A stretch of DNA of 64,000 nucleotides, from the IMG/VR virus record IMGVR_UViG_3300026549_002494, positions 8,468 to 72,467 of that record. One strand, written 5' to 3'. This document shows, piece after piece, positions 29,002-39,449 of the stretch (positions are counted from its first letter, which is position 1; every line of letters starts with the position of its first letter). This DNA is from a virus (Duplodnaviria; Heunggongvirae; Uroviricota; Caudoviricetes). The translations under genes were made by a program, and so were the position numbers. A model generated the notes under the pieces. That model did not search any database and was not told where the DNA came from. It saw only the letters and a list, made by a program, of their open reading frames with translations.

Positions 29002-29529
29002 TTATTCAGCAGAAGTAAGTCTGGCAAGCATTTCCGTATCAAAGATTTCATCTAAAATCTTAACTCTACGTATGCTATCCAAGGTTCCATTGTCAACCAT
29101 AGTTGTAGCTATAGTTTTAATAGAATCTTTTGCACCTTCGGGGAGGGACATTATAGCCTTTTTCATCTTGTCGGGGGTAAGTGTTAAAATCTTCTGCAAG
29201 TCCTGAACTGAATTCAACGCCGAGTATATCTCATCTAATACAGGATGCAAAGCAATGAAATCTTTATCCTGTACAATGTAACGAGGTTTAAACATCATTA
29301 CTTCTTTTGTTCTTGCAGCATAATCCAAATCTCTGAATTCTATTTCAATAACATCATCTATATTTGCAAATGTATACAAATTTTTAGATTTCTGTCCCAT
29401 TACGAACATTTCTCCCGGTGTAATAGATAAACAAGGTATTAAATCTTCCGGATTAAACTTTTTCTTCTTTTCTGCTTTTTCAACCGTAGACTGTTCATCC
29501 GTAACAGTCGTGTTTTTTTTATATGCCAT
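29002..29529 (-). CDS. Hypothetical virion-associated protein
   Basis: First gene after major capsid, with SD. Confidence 0.65.
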   Translation of the reverse strand: MAYKKNTTVTDEQSTVEKAEKKKKFNPEDLIPCLSITPGEMFVMGQKSKNLYTFANIDDVIEIEFRDLDYAARTKEVMMFKPRYIVQDKDFIALHPVLDEIYSALNSVQDLQKILTLTPDKMKKAIMSLPEGAKDSIKTIATTMVDNGTLDSIRRVKILDEIFDTEMLARLTSAE

Positions 29530-29604
29530 TATATTTCTTTCCTTTCTATCCTCGGGAAAGAAAGCAAGTCCAAAATGAACCTGCTCTCTATCCTATATCA
29601 TATA

Positions 29605-30286
29605 TTAGTTAAACTTCCAAACACCAAAGTATCTCGGTAAGTTGACAGCAACAGCCATCTCACGCTGTACTTCGTATGTTCTTGAATCATCTGCAAGGTC
29701 TCCCTTTTCCTGACCTTCCTCAGTGATTTCTGTCTCGCCCTTATCAGTAAACCATACGAACTTCTCCTGATTCTTTGCAAAGATAAGCAGTTCATCATTC
29801 GGAATAAGTTTCTTTGTTACATCGTTAAGAGCAAATCTCTGCGGGATTTCAATAAGTTCAGTTCCTTCGTAGTTACCAAGACGACCTGTGTTAGCAACCG
29901 ACTCTCTCTGCGAGAAACTTTTCCAGTCTACGTCTGCAAGAGCATTAAGTTTCTTAAGAGCCATTCTGGTTCCCATTATGACAACTTCTGCTCTGTTTGC
30001 AGTACCTACGTCTTCAAGAAGAGTATCAAAAGACTCTTTTGTTGAGGCTGTAAGTGCACCCGTCTTTACAAATTGAGTGTTATTCGGAAGCTTTGCAGAA
30101 GCACCATAAATACCAGTGAAGCAAAGTTCCTGTATCTTATAGTTAAATGCTTCGGCAATCTTATCTGTAAGCTCCGTATAATCTACTCGGTTTGTCATGA
30201 TAAGATCAATATCCTTACCGATTTTTACACCGTACTTCTTCGTATGAAGCTTTGTCGATGTACCTTCGTTAAGGTGTTGTAACGTA
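29605..30286 (-). CDS. Major capsid protein, exon 2
   Basis: No SD before the track ATG 30198; frame open up to 30286. Splicing gives ...GQHDL-TLQHLNEG..., 374 aa in total. Confidence 0.85.
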
Positions 30287-31455
30287 CTATATGTTTAACC
30301 TATATTATTTTCCAATAAAAATTTCCAATGATAACCACCGCAAGTCTTTCTTGTGCCTCGACAAACGCCAAAAATACCACCAGTAGAACGGGGATGTAAT
30401 CCAAGTTCTTTACAAGCAGTAACAGCATCTTTAAAGACTTTATTTAATTCTATACAAAAAACAGGCGTTTTGTTTCTGAAAGGAGATATTCTGCCTTGTT
30501 GTACTTCACTTATTTTTTTACGTGCTTCTTCTGTATGCGTCTTCCCATACATACCATTATTTTTCCCCAATATTTTTGCCTTAATTTCAGGATTACTCCA
30601 TTGTTTATAAGCCCTTTCAGAGTTTTTTTGTTTTGCTTCTGGGTGTTCTCTATAATAAGTTTTTAATCCTTTTACCGTTTTTTCTTTAACATAATCTGTA
30701 ACAGTATTAGTATCCTGTCCGCCTGATTTAAGATTATACCCAAACGCTGTGTTCATAGTGTCATATTTATCAATATAATAACGTTCTTTATCATTAAGCT
30801 GTTCTTTAGGACATTGTTCTAATATTTCAAAAACAAATTCTTTCATACCGTGTTTGTTCCATGATCTTTGAAGATAATCATTCGTATGAATATTTCTGTT
30901 TAAATGAGCTTTATGTTGTGACCAACGAGCTCGTATATTTACAGATTGTCCAATATATCTTTTGTTATTTTTAATATTACGAATACAATAAATGCCACAT
31001 ATTTTGTTTTTATACATTTTTTCACCTCCTTTTTAAAAATTGTTGGGTTGTGTTTTTTGGAAAATAATATTTGGGACGCTACTCCCGGTTGGATTTAAAA
31101 TCCCTCATGTTTTCACATGAGAACAGACTATATCTTCATTCATAATGAATGTGTACCATTTCCGTTTAAGGGGATTTCACCCACTCGCTTGAGCCGTACT
31201 TCTAATGTTGTGTTAACACAACCGATGGAATAGTCGTTGAACCTTCCTCTGTTCGAGGCTTGGCTGCTGATTGCCCATTAAAAAAGAACAGGGGATTTAA
31301 CCTCGTTCTTATACAATTAATTCTTTATACTTTCGTAACCATCACGCTTATGCGTATTTCATCATTACGTTGTGGTTTAATTGTCTTTAGGGTTTTCCAG
31401 CAATTAAATACATTTTTATTACGCAGCTTACGCTACGCAGACCCTACTAAAATTA
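30287..31455 (-). ncRNA. Group I intron (1169 nt) in major capsid gene
   Basis: P1: exon GACCU with IGS GGGUC (U-G at splice site). P AATTGCTGGAAA, Q AATCAGCAG, R TCAACGACTA, S AAGATATAGTCT. P9 hairpin CTCATG-TGAAAA-CATGAG; terminal G at 30287. Confidence 0.92.
30295..31017 (-). CDS. Intron-encoded GIY-YIG homing endonuclease with NUMOD-type domains
   Basis: CGIYCIRN...RYIGQS, NNGMYGKTHTEEARKKISE (NUMOD3-like), C-terminal FKDAVTACKEL...CGGYHW. Confidence 0.92.
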   Translation of the reverse strand: MYKNKICGIYCIRNIKNNKRYIGQSVNIRARWSQHKAHLNRNIHTNDYLQRSWNKHGMKEFVFEILEQCPKEQLNDKERYYIDKYDTMNTAFGYNLKSGGQDTNTVTDYVKEKTVKGLKTYYREHPEAKQKNSERAYKQWSNPEIKAKILGKNNGMYGKTHTEEARKKISEVQQGRISPFRNKTPVFCIELNKVFKDAVTACKELGLHPRSTGGIFGVCRGTRKTCGGYHWKFLLENNIG

Positions 31456-31898
31456 AGGTCGTGCTGACCGCGTGCTATTTCAGCAACAACAAACATTATA
31501 TTTTCTTTTGTCCAATATTCCTCATCATCGCCAAGAGCAATATTTCTTCTGTCTACGAAATCGTTAAACCATTCAGACTCCTGAAGTCCTGTTTCGACCT
31601 TAAAATCTATGTCAGACTCAATCAGTTCGAAAAGCTCATTGTGGTGTGCTTCAATTGCACGCTTACGTCTCTTACTTGATTTAACATCTTCCTCCGTAAG
31701 GTCACAAACCTCCATAAGTATTTTACGAACTGCTCTGTTGGCTTCTTTCTTTGAAATCTTTCTCTGATTACCGTCTTCATCATATTCGTAAATATCATTA
31801 CCGTGGTTCAGATCGTATGTAAGCTGTTTAAAATTTTCGTATTTGCCTTCTTCAGCGAATACGTCTGCCAAATGTTGTGTAGAAAATCTTATATTCAT
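31456..31898 (-). CDS. Major capsid protein, exon 1
   Basis: SD GGAGG, ATG 31898 (MNIRFSTQHL); ends at the 5' splice site; follows scaffold and decoration genes. Confidence 0.85.
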
Positions 31899-31918
31899 AA
31901 CTCTAATACCTCCTTTCA

Positions 31919-32392
31919 TTACGCAATAACGGGCTTACCGTTTTGAATCGTTGTAATTTTAGCGCCCTTAACAGGTGTGCCCTCAAAACCATCAGCCGAA
32001 AGCCAGAATCTATCAAGCGAATCCAGCAGGTAAGCTCTTACAGGGCCATCAGCGGGATCATTGTAAAAATTAGCCTCAAGCGTAAGAGCACGAGGCGATT
32101 CTTCGGCTATCAGGGGCTCGGAGTACAGAAGCGCCGTTCTTGCATCCTTAACCTCATTAACCACTACAAGCCACAATCCATCTGCACCCTGCATTGCTAC
32201 ATAAGCGTCAATTGCTGTAGCGGCTTCCATCTTGTAGTTATCCAGACCTTCCATATCACCAACTTTGCAAATATAACCGTTATCTGTATCAGTAGTGATA
32301 TTTACATTTGCTATGTGACGTCCATAATTCTGGGCAATAAGACTACCCGGATGGCACACAACATGCTTATCAACTGCGTATTTAATCGCCAT
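31919..32392 (-). CDS. Probable capsid decoration protein
   Basis: 157 aa directly upstream of major capsid, SPbeta-like gene order. Confidence 0.6.
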   Translation of the reverse strand: MAIKYAVDKHVVCHPGSLIAQNYGRHIANVNITTDTDNGYICKVGDMEGLDNYKMEAATAIDAYVAMQGADGLWLVVVNEVKDARTALLYSEPLIAEESPRALTLEANFYNDPADGPVRAYLLDSLDRFWLSADGFEGTPVKGAKITTIQNGKPVIA

Positions 32393-32473
32393 AATTCAAT
32401 TCCTCCTTAAAAATAAAGTAATAATAAAAAAGAGCCCTTATAGGCTCAAAGATTGTTTTATATTTAATTAATC

Positions 32474-34198
32474 TTAGTCAAATAAATGACCATATCTCTT
32501 TTTAGGCTTTGTATGTAAAGCACCAAAAGAAATTTTCTTGGAATTTTTATGCTCAGTATTATTTGCTGAATATTCCCCAATAGACGTAACATAATCACAG
32601 AATACTGCTTTAAGTTCTTTTGTTAAATCTTCCACTGAGTAATTATCCATTTCAGAATAAAGCTTAGCATAAGCCTCATTTATAAATTCGCCCTTATCAT
32701 TCTTTTGGCAAAGAACCGAATATTTCTCATCAGAAAGAACGGCTTCTTTTTCAGCACGAAGTTTTGCATTTTCGGTATCAGTCTTATACTGAACAAGTTC
32801 TGAGTAATTTGCTTTCATATTAGCAAGAGACTCTTCCTGTTCTTTGGTAAGATAGTTTACAAAAACTTCAACTCTATCACCGGTAAGTGTAAACTCGTCA
32901 CCATCTTGTGTATATGTCTGTTTGTAATATTTATCATACCAATAATCTTGCATAACTAAATATTCGTCATAAACAGTAACTCCATACCAAGTATTATCCA
33001 CATCAGAGTATGTGGCATTTACAAGTTCCTGCAAAGCTATAATTTTTTCATTGCATGACACTTCGAATGTTCTTGTAACACCATTAAATTCAATAGTATA
33101 AGTCTTTTTCTGATTAGCGGGCGGAACATCATCAGGGTCTTCGTCGCCATCAGCGGGGTCTTTTGGGTCTTGTCCATCACCATCACCTTCGCTACCGCCA
33201 TCTGAACCAGTATTATCACCTGTCGAACCTGTATCAGGGTTGGGGTCGGCTCCTTCATCAAACATTTCTGCAAATTTTGCAGTTAAATCTTCATCAGAAA
33301 GATTTTCATATTCAAATGTAATATCTTCTGCTGTTTTATTGTATTTAGCTAAAAGGTTTTCAAATAATTCTTTATTCACTGAATTTCCTCCTTTCTGTTG
33401 AGTATTATTATTTTTATTGAAACAAGCAGACTCCAGCTTTTCGAGCCTGTCTTGGAGTTCAATCATTTTAGAATCGTAGTTTGAAAATAAACTATTATTC
33501 TTTGCACTAAAATCAAGAATTTTGATATTTGATTTCTCCATACCGGGCATAACAGGTTTTCCACTTGGTGTCTTACCCAAAATCGTTATACCGTTAAATG
33601 AAAAATCTTCAATATTTAACTGATGTGTCTTAGCGTCATATGATAATGCACGCACATTTAATTCAACTGAAACGGCACATTCTTTTTCTCTTTCTAAAAT
33701 TTCTTTGGCTTTAGAATATTCTTCATAAATATAGCCATCAACTTCACAATATTTCTTGTCCTTTTCTTCGTCATAAATAAGTTGTTCATTACAACTTTCG
33801 GGAATTAGCCCGATAGGGACTTCATCATAGACAAGTTCGCCCTTTTCATCTTCATGCATTGCATGATTATAAAATTCTAATTGACCTTCTGGGTGCTCAT
33901 CGGTTACTACATTATGAATATAACCTAATATTGGTCTGTTTTTAATTGAAGGCATTGCTGCCAACATTACATCGTCACTAATATAGGTGTGATTCAAATT
34001 GTTAGAAGTGTGACACGCTTGTAGATGAACAGGATATAGACCTTCAGTGTCTTTGTTGGTATTTTCAAAATTTATTGTCCCATGAGTTTGAACAACAATA
34101 GACTTTCCTGATTTTTGTGCATCAAAATGTACGGAGTTTTTATATGTATTAACATAAAAGTCGTACAAATCTTCTACGTAAAGCAATTTTTTATTCAT
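32474..34198 (-). CDS. Probable prohead protease/scaffold fusion
   Basis: N-terminal domain with ACH..NLN...PILGYIH and CAVSVEL motifs, acidic linker, coiled-coil C-terminus; lies between portal and capsid. Confidence 0.65.
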   Translation of the reverse strand: MNKKLLYVEDLYDFYVNTYKNSVHFDAQKSGKSIVVQTHGTINFENTNKDTEGLYPVHLQACHTSNNLNHTYISDDVMLAAMPSIKNRPILGYIHNVVTDEHPEGQLEFYNHAMHEDEKGELVYDEVPIGLIPESCNEQLIYDEEKDKKYCEVDGYIYEEYSKAKEILEREKECAVSVELNVRALSYDAKTHQLNIEDFSFNGITILGKTPSGKPVMPGMEKSNIKILDFSAKNNSLFSNYDSKMIELQDRLEKLESACFNKNNNTQQKGGNSVNKELFENLLAKYNKTAEDITFEYENLSDEDLTAKFAEMFDEGADPNPDTGSTGDNTGSDGGSEGDGDGQDPKDPADGDEDPDDVPPANQKKTYTIEFNGVTRTFEVSCNEKIIALQELVNATYSDVDNTWYGVTVYDEYLVMQDYWYDKYYKQTYTQDGDEFTLTGDRVEVFVNYLTKEQEESLANMKANYSELVQYKTDTENAKLRAEKEAVLSDEKYSVLCQKNDKGEFINEAYAKLYSEMDNYSVEDLTKELKAVFCDYVTSIGEYSANNTEHKNSKKISFGALHTKPKKRYGHLFD

Positions 34199-34255
34199 AA
34201 ATCCGTATACTCCTCCTTTCCAAGAAAATAAAAACCACTCAGAATAGGGGAGTGG

Positions 34256-34438
34256 TTATATACAAAGTTTATTAGTATATCTAAGCTTTGCACTATCTAC
34301 ATCAGATGAAAACTGCATTTCTTTACGATTTAAGAACATATAAACACCAACCTCGCCAGAATCAATCTCTTGCAAGCCGGACTTTCTTAATTCGTTAGCA
34401 GTTTCAACATCTGTTGTTTTTATAAAATTATAATTCAT
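34256..34438 (-). CDS. Small conserved phage protein
   Basis: True start MNYNFIKTT with SD AAAGGAG. Confidence 0.7.
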   Translation of the reverse strand: MNYNFIKTTDVETANELRKSGLQEIDSGEVGVYMFLNRKEMQFSSDVDSAKLRYTNKLCI

Positions 34439-34461
34439 TATCCATTCACTCCTTTGTTTAA

Positions 34462-34983
34462 TCACGAAACAGTAATAGCAACAGTTGTTTTGTCATTCAT
34501 TGTAGCGGTTCCGCCAGTAATAGCACCGGTCTCATCTTTTGTTAAAGCAATAGCGGTTATATACTTACCGTCTGCTCCTTTTGCACCAGCCGCACCGGGA
34601 TCGCCTTTGTCGCCTTTCGGCAATACGAAATCAAATTTTGCAGCTGAAGCAGTACCTGAATTTTTAACTGATGCAGTAGCTCCGCTTGTCACTGTACCAA
34701 CTGAAATTGTAGCAGCGGTTCCCGGATCGCCTTTTGCACCCGGAGTTCCATTAGTACCGTTTGTTCCATTGGTTCCATTTTTAACAGTATAAAGCTTCTG
34801 CCACTTTGAATTGCTCAACGCTGTGCCTGCTACAATATCATCAGTAGCTATATATAATGAAGCCTGTGTAGATTCTGTTTTGATAACAAGATCAAGTTTC
34901 TTATAAGCAACACTATTACTCCATTCACCTTTTGCAGTCATTGCAACTTTTCCTAAAACAGCCATTAAATCACCCCTTTGCAT
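34462..34983 (-). CDS. Collagen-like repeat structural protein (head fibre/decoration-like)
   Basis: NGT x3-4 and G-X-Y repeats GAKGDPG, GDKGDPGAAGAKGADG. Confidence 0.7.
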   Translation of the reverse strand: MQRGDLMAVLGKVAMTAKGEWSNSVAYKKLDLVIKTESTQASLYIATDDIVAGTALSNSKWQKLYTVKNGTNGTNGTNGTPGAKGDPGTAATISVGTVTSGATASVKNSGTASAAKFDFVLPKGDKGDPGAAGAKGADGKYITAIALTKDETGAITGGTATMNDKTTVAITVS

Positions 34984-35509
34984 TTAAATATCCATTATTA
35001 TCCATATAGAAAGCGTCATTATCTGCTTCTAATTCCATAGTGTCAAAATTAATTGAAAGGGTAGGAGAGACTTCAACTATTTCTACTTCACCCTTATTAT
35101 TCATGATAACCTCTTCGGTCATAAGAGAAGAAAAATTTTCTCTTAAATAATCCTCTGTTATTAAAGGTGTCCAACCTTCAAATTCATGCCAATATAATCC
35201 ATACCAACGATACGGAGCAATATTTGCAGAAATAAGCTCAAGTGCAATAATTGTATTGCCAAAACTATTTTTAATTACATCTATTTTACACTCGGCATTA
35301 CCCTTAAACGGCATATCCGTAAGAGTTACGCCACCCATAAATGAATGACCTGTTCTTACGTGTTCATTTTCTTCAATACTTTTACATAGTTCTTCGGTCG
35401 TTCCATTAATCACAAAACCGTCCAGAAACTCTTGGTTAACTGAACGGTCTTTTGATATTGTATTTGCGTATTTTCTTGCAAGTGCAAGAGTTTCTATAGA
35501 TATTCCCAT
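34970..35509 (-). CDS. Hypothetical structural protein
   Basis: In the head gene block, coupled to neighbours. Confidence 0.65.
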   Translation of the reverse strand: MGISIETLALARKYANTISKDRSVNQEFLDGFVINGTTEELCKSIEENEHVRTGHSFMGGVTLTDMPFKGNAECKIDVIKNSFGNTIIALELISANIAPYRWYGLYWHEFEGWTPLITEDYLRENFSSLMTEEVIMNNKGEVEIVEVSPTLSINFDTMELEADNDAFYMDNNGYLNAKG

Positions 35510-35517
35510 ATGTCACC

Positions 35518-35769
35518 TCACACCTTTTGCCAAGTGTCGGTTTCTTTGTCTAAAATATAAATATCGCTTGTTTCAAGACAAAGACACGCCGAACCCGCTC
35601 CGCATTTAAGATGAGCAACGCTATCATTTTTTTGTTCAATACCATTGCTTTTTATGTGAGGGAGATTGTCTATATCTGTTGCTTTGGTGGCATAAAAAAG
35701 TCGATAATCGGGATTTCGACCATCAGCTTGTCCGCCGGCTTCTTGTATCCAGTATGACATTTTAATCAC
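35518..35769 (-). CDS. Small hypothetical structural protein
   Basis: DIDNLP...GSACLCLETSDIYIL...W motif typical of small phage virion proteins. Confidence 0.6.
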   Translation of the reverse strand: MIKMSYWIQEAGGQADGRNPDYRLFYATKATDIDNLPHIKSNGIEQKNDSVAHLKCGAGSACLCLETSDIYILDKETDTWQKV

Positions 35770-35803
35770 CCTTTCTTTGTTTTGTTTTTTTACATTTTAA
35801 TAA

Positions 35804-37366
35804 TTATCCTTTTGCCGTATCTCTTTTATCTCGACTCGCTTCACCATCGTCGGTAAGTCCATCAACTCCAGTGGTTTCCTTGGTTTGTCCGCCACTTTCT
35901 TTTGTGGAACTTCCTGACTGAGTATGACTTGATTGTAAGGGCTTAAATTTCTCTGAAAGACCAAGAACATCTTGTTCTAAGAAATTTAAACTTAAAGTTT
36001 CAAGCTCGCTAAATCCATTTAAGGTGTTTACGGCAAGCGCTGTTGGCAATCCATACGTTCCGTCCTCAAGTAATTCTTTTTTTAATGCACTCTTTGTATA
36101 AGTAGAAGTTTCAAGCATTTTAACCTTTGCGGGATTAGAAACGTGATATGAAAGAAAACGATTTAAGTATGCTTGCGTTTGTGGTAAAAGAGAAGCGGTT
36201 GCATATCTTTCGTCGAATTTTAGCGCTCCTTGCCACGCTGTTGTGCCCGAGATACTGGAACTGTTTAAAAGTTGGGCTCCGCCAGAAGTGTTAAGAACCG
36301 TTTTGGTAGCATTTTCTATCTTACTAACATCAGTAGACTGATCATCACCAAAAGATAATACGTCTAATGGAATGGGTGTGATAGCCGCTGCTATATAGTC
36401 GGGTAGATTTGATACAAGCTTATTATAGTAATCTACTGCCGTATTTGGATCTACCGCAAAATCATCTGGGTCTTCACTACCACTAACTAACGGAATAGTC
36501 GCCGTAATCATCTTATATATTTGCTGTTCGTCGGCTACCGATTGGATATCTTCAAGATCGGCAAGGTTTATTAAAGAATTGAACAGTGGAAGATAGGGGA
36601 TAATAGGAACTTCATGGTCGTCAATATTAACCTTAAAACAGATACAATACTCATCGGGCATTTGCTGCCAGCGGTTATTGGTTGTATCTGCTTGGTAACT
36701 TCTATACATTGATGTAAATGGCTCACCTATCCACTCAACCATATCCTCGTGCTTTCGAAAATAGGAACAATCCATCATATATGATAAATCCCCTGTATAG
36801 TATGCTCCGGAAACCTTTGCATAATCAGGATCGATGGGGAGAATAAAATATCCTGTATCATCATAAAAGGCTACTCCAAAGAAAACGTCTTCTCTCCAAG
36901 CAACTATATATGCTTTTAAGAATTCTAATGCTATATTCATATTTTCTAAAACAGATAGAGTATCATAATAGCTTTTTAAAGACTTATCTTTATCTCCGCC
37001 TTTTTTTAAATCTATCAGCGGAATTACAGAACGAGCATTTGTATCAATCATAGTGGCATTAAACCAAATTAGGCGTCTATAAACACTACTACGATAATAC
37101 AAATATCTACTTAAATTACGTAGGTTCTGATAGTTGGTAACTGGGTTTTTCATATATGTACGAAGCTTAGTTTTGTCAAATGTTGAGAAACTTCGTGAAA
37201 TATTTTTTGTAGGATCAACAAGCTTTAAAGCTTCTTGAACTTTTGCAAAATTTTCTATAGTTCGTTGATTTTTATCATACCATTCTTTTATTTCAGCCGC
37301 AGTCTTACGTGGACTGTTTGTAGGCGCACCGGGCACCGCTTTTTTTGTTTGTGCCATATGGCACAC
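35804..37366 (-). CDS. Portal protein
   Basis: 520 aa immediately downstream of terminase; LRNLSRYLYYRSSVYRRLI motif of SPbeta-like portals. Confidence 0.8.
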   Translation of the reverse strand: MCHMAQTKKAVPGAPTNSPRKTAAEIKEWYDKNQRTIENFAKVQEALKLVDPTKNISRSFSTFDKTKLRTYMKNPVTNYQNLRNLSRYLYYRSSVYRRLIWFNATMIDTNARSVIPLIDLKKGGDKDKSLKSYYDTLSVLENMNIALEFLKAYIVAWREDVFFGVAFYDDTGYFILPIDPDYAKVSGAYYTGDLSYMMDCSYFRKHEDMVEWIGEPFTSMYRSYQADTTNNRWQQMPDEYCICFKVNIDDHEVPIIPYLPLFNSLINLADLEDIQSVADEQQIYKMITATIPLVSGSEDPDDFAVDPNTAVDYYNKLVSNLPDYIAAAITPIPLDVLSFGDDQSTDVSKIENATKTVLNTSGGAQLLNSSSISGTTAWQGALKFDERYATASLLPQTQAYLNRFLSYHVSNPAKVKMLETSTYTKSALKKELLEDGTYGLPTALAVNTLNGFSELETLSLNFLEQDVLGLSEKFKPLQSSHTQSGSSTKESGGQTKETTGVDGLTDDGEASRDKRDTAKG

Positions 37367-37394
37367 CTCCTTTATTTAGTTTTGTTAATTACGT

Positions 37395-39449
37395 TTAATT
37401 AAACATTGAGAAACGTTTAGGTTGTTTTATGGGGAGTTTGGAGATAAGAGATTGAGTGTCAGGTTTTTCTCTTTTTTTATTCGTTATACTTTTACGCCTT
37501 TCGCACATAAGAGCGTAAGAGAGCATACACGCTGTGTAGGCACGGTCATCGTGAAGTTTATTTGCCTTTTCTGGTGTAAGCTCAAAAGAATCTTTGCCAG
37601 AATCTCTTTTTTTTCTAATCATATTTACAAGCTCTTCTTTTAAAGCATCAATATTAGCAAGAGCTATTTCATCTTGCCAATCTAACTTAATCATTTTTGT
37701 TTTTACCGACTGTATCTTCCCAAGTTCATCATTAAGTTTACTCTCAAATTCTTTTTCATCAACCTTTTGTTTTTTTAATCTTTTAATAATCTCATCTTTT
37801 GCTTTTTTCAGCTTTTCTTCGTCAATATCAAACACTGTAAGATACCCCTTACTATCATATGGTGCAGTAAAACTAATTTTATCTTGATTCATAAGTTCAA
37901 TCATAGCTTCATACATTTCAGATTTATAGGCAGCGGGGGACATAAGACGTATTTTATCTACGGCATTAGGAAACTTTTTAACATATTCGGCGGAATATTC
38001 TTTATCAATTAGCCCTCTATGTACAATCCCTGCCGAATCTGTCCAGTCAGGCATTAAGTAATCAGCAATATTAACACCACCACCGCCACTACCAGCGTCA
38101 ATATAAACTCCTAAAATATTTCCATACGCATCCGCCCCGCCATTATAGTCAACTATAACCTTTTTTAAGTATTCTATCTGATCCGGAGTTTGCATTGGAG
38201 ATTTTATTTTTTTTCCAACATCAATAAGGTTAATACAATTTACTAAACGCATTCTTAAATCAATGCTTCCGTCAATTTGTTCAAATTCATAAATTTCTCC
38301 AACAAGTATTACGCTATTATCACGACTGCGCGCCGGGTCGTAGCTTATAACAAATTTTCTATCTCCAGTATCATTATATAAAAGAGGTTTTCTTGTTTCT
38401 TCATTTCTGGTAATAACCCCTCTTCTAATAATAGCATTTGTTCCGGCGTCTGTACTAAATTCACAAAAAAATTCTCGTCGTGCCTTTTCAGGATTGGTTC
38501 TCATTTCAGCGTCTATGGTGGATTTTTCAAATAACGGCGCCATTATTTGTCCATGAATTGTTGGACGTAATGGAATTTCGCAAGTTATATTGGCAACAAA
38601 ATAATCCTTATCACCCATTATCATTCTTTTTGAAAATTCCCTATATAGGGAATAATATTTTGTCGAAGTATCAGAAGCCGATGATATATAAAATTTTTGA
38701 TTAGGTATTTCTTTAGGAACTGCACGTAATCGCACAGTATCTATACGATTACCATCTCTATCCTTACCAGATTTAAAACTTTTATTTACAATTGCAAACG
38801 CAGAATATACAGACATCATTTCGTCTGATAAAAAACCGCATTCGTCAAAAATTACGTTTCCGCGTAGGCCTCTTTTTCGGTCTATATTAGAATTTAAAGT
38901 TTGAGTAAAACCACCATTGTAAGTGGAATATGAAAAACCATTACTACCATGTGAAAATCCATCACCGGCAGCATTTTTTATTTCGACTTCTGCTTTAAAT
39001 ATATATCCTGTTGACCCCATCATTGTGTCAATATTATCATTAGCAAGTCTTTCCAAAGTAGTAAAAGTTTGTTCAGCCTGACTACCGCTACCACTTGCAA
39101 TATACGTCCAATAATTGTTAAATAACATATCTTTTGACATAATTATTAAATCTATGAGTGTCGATTTACCAAATCCACGCGAACAAACCAATAAGACATT
39201 AGGACATGTCCAACTTTGTTGAACAACCCAAGCTTGCGCATCTAAAAGTTCTATTGAAAAAAAATCATTTATAAATCGAACAGGATTACATTGATAGTAT
39301 TTTTGCATATACGCAATCTTTTGTAATGCCTCAATTTTTCTCGAAGACATTGCATATATTCCGGGTTTAACATATATAATATTGGATTGAATACATTGAT
39401 TATCATACTTAATTAAATCGAGAGAATTATCTATATCATTAAACTTCAC
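37395..39449 (-). CDS. Terminase large subunit
   Basis: Walker A SRGFGKST, Walker B VIFDEC, nuclease motifs ISYDPAR..DNS and HDDRAYT. Confidence 0.92.
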   Translation of the reverse strand: MKFNDIDNSLDLIKYDNQCIQSNIIYVKPGIYAMSSRKIEALQKIAYMQKYYQCNPVRFINDFFSIELLDAQAWVVQQSWTCPNVLLVCSRGFGKSTLIDLIIMSKDMLFNNYWTYIASGSGSQAEQTFTTLERLANDNIDTMMGSTGYIFKAEVEIKNAAGDGFSHGSNGFSYSTYNGGFTQTLNSNIDRKRGLRGNVIFDECGFLSDEMMSVYSAFAIVNKSFKSGKDRDGNRIDTVRLRAVPKEIPNQKFYISSASDTSTKYYSLYREFSKRMIMGDKDYFVANITCEIPLRPTIHGQIMAPLFEKSTIDAEMRTNPEKARREFFCEFSTDAGTNAIIRRGVITRNEETRKPLLYNDTGDRKFVISYDPARSRDNSVILVGEIYEFEQIDGSIDLRMRLVNCINLIDVGKKIKSPMQTPDQIEYLKKVIVDYNGGADAYGNILGVYIDAGSGGGGVNIADYLMPDWTDSAGIVHRGLIDKEYSAEYVKKFPNAVDKIRLMSPAAYKSEMYEAMIELMNQDKISFTAPYDSKGYLTVFDIDEEKLKKAKDEIIKRLKKQKVDEKEFESKLNDELGKIQSVKTKMIKLDWQDEIALANIDALKEELVNMIRKKRDSGKDSFELTPEKANKLHDDRAYTACMLSYALMCERRKSITNKKREKPDTQSLISKLPIKQPKRFSMFN

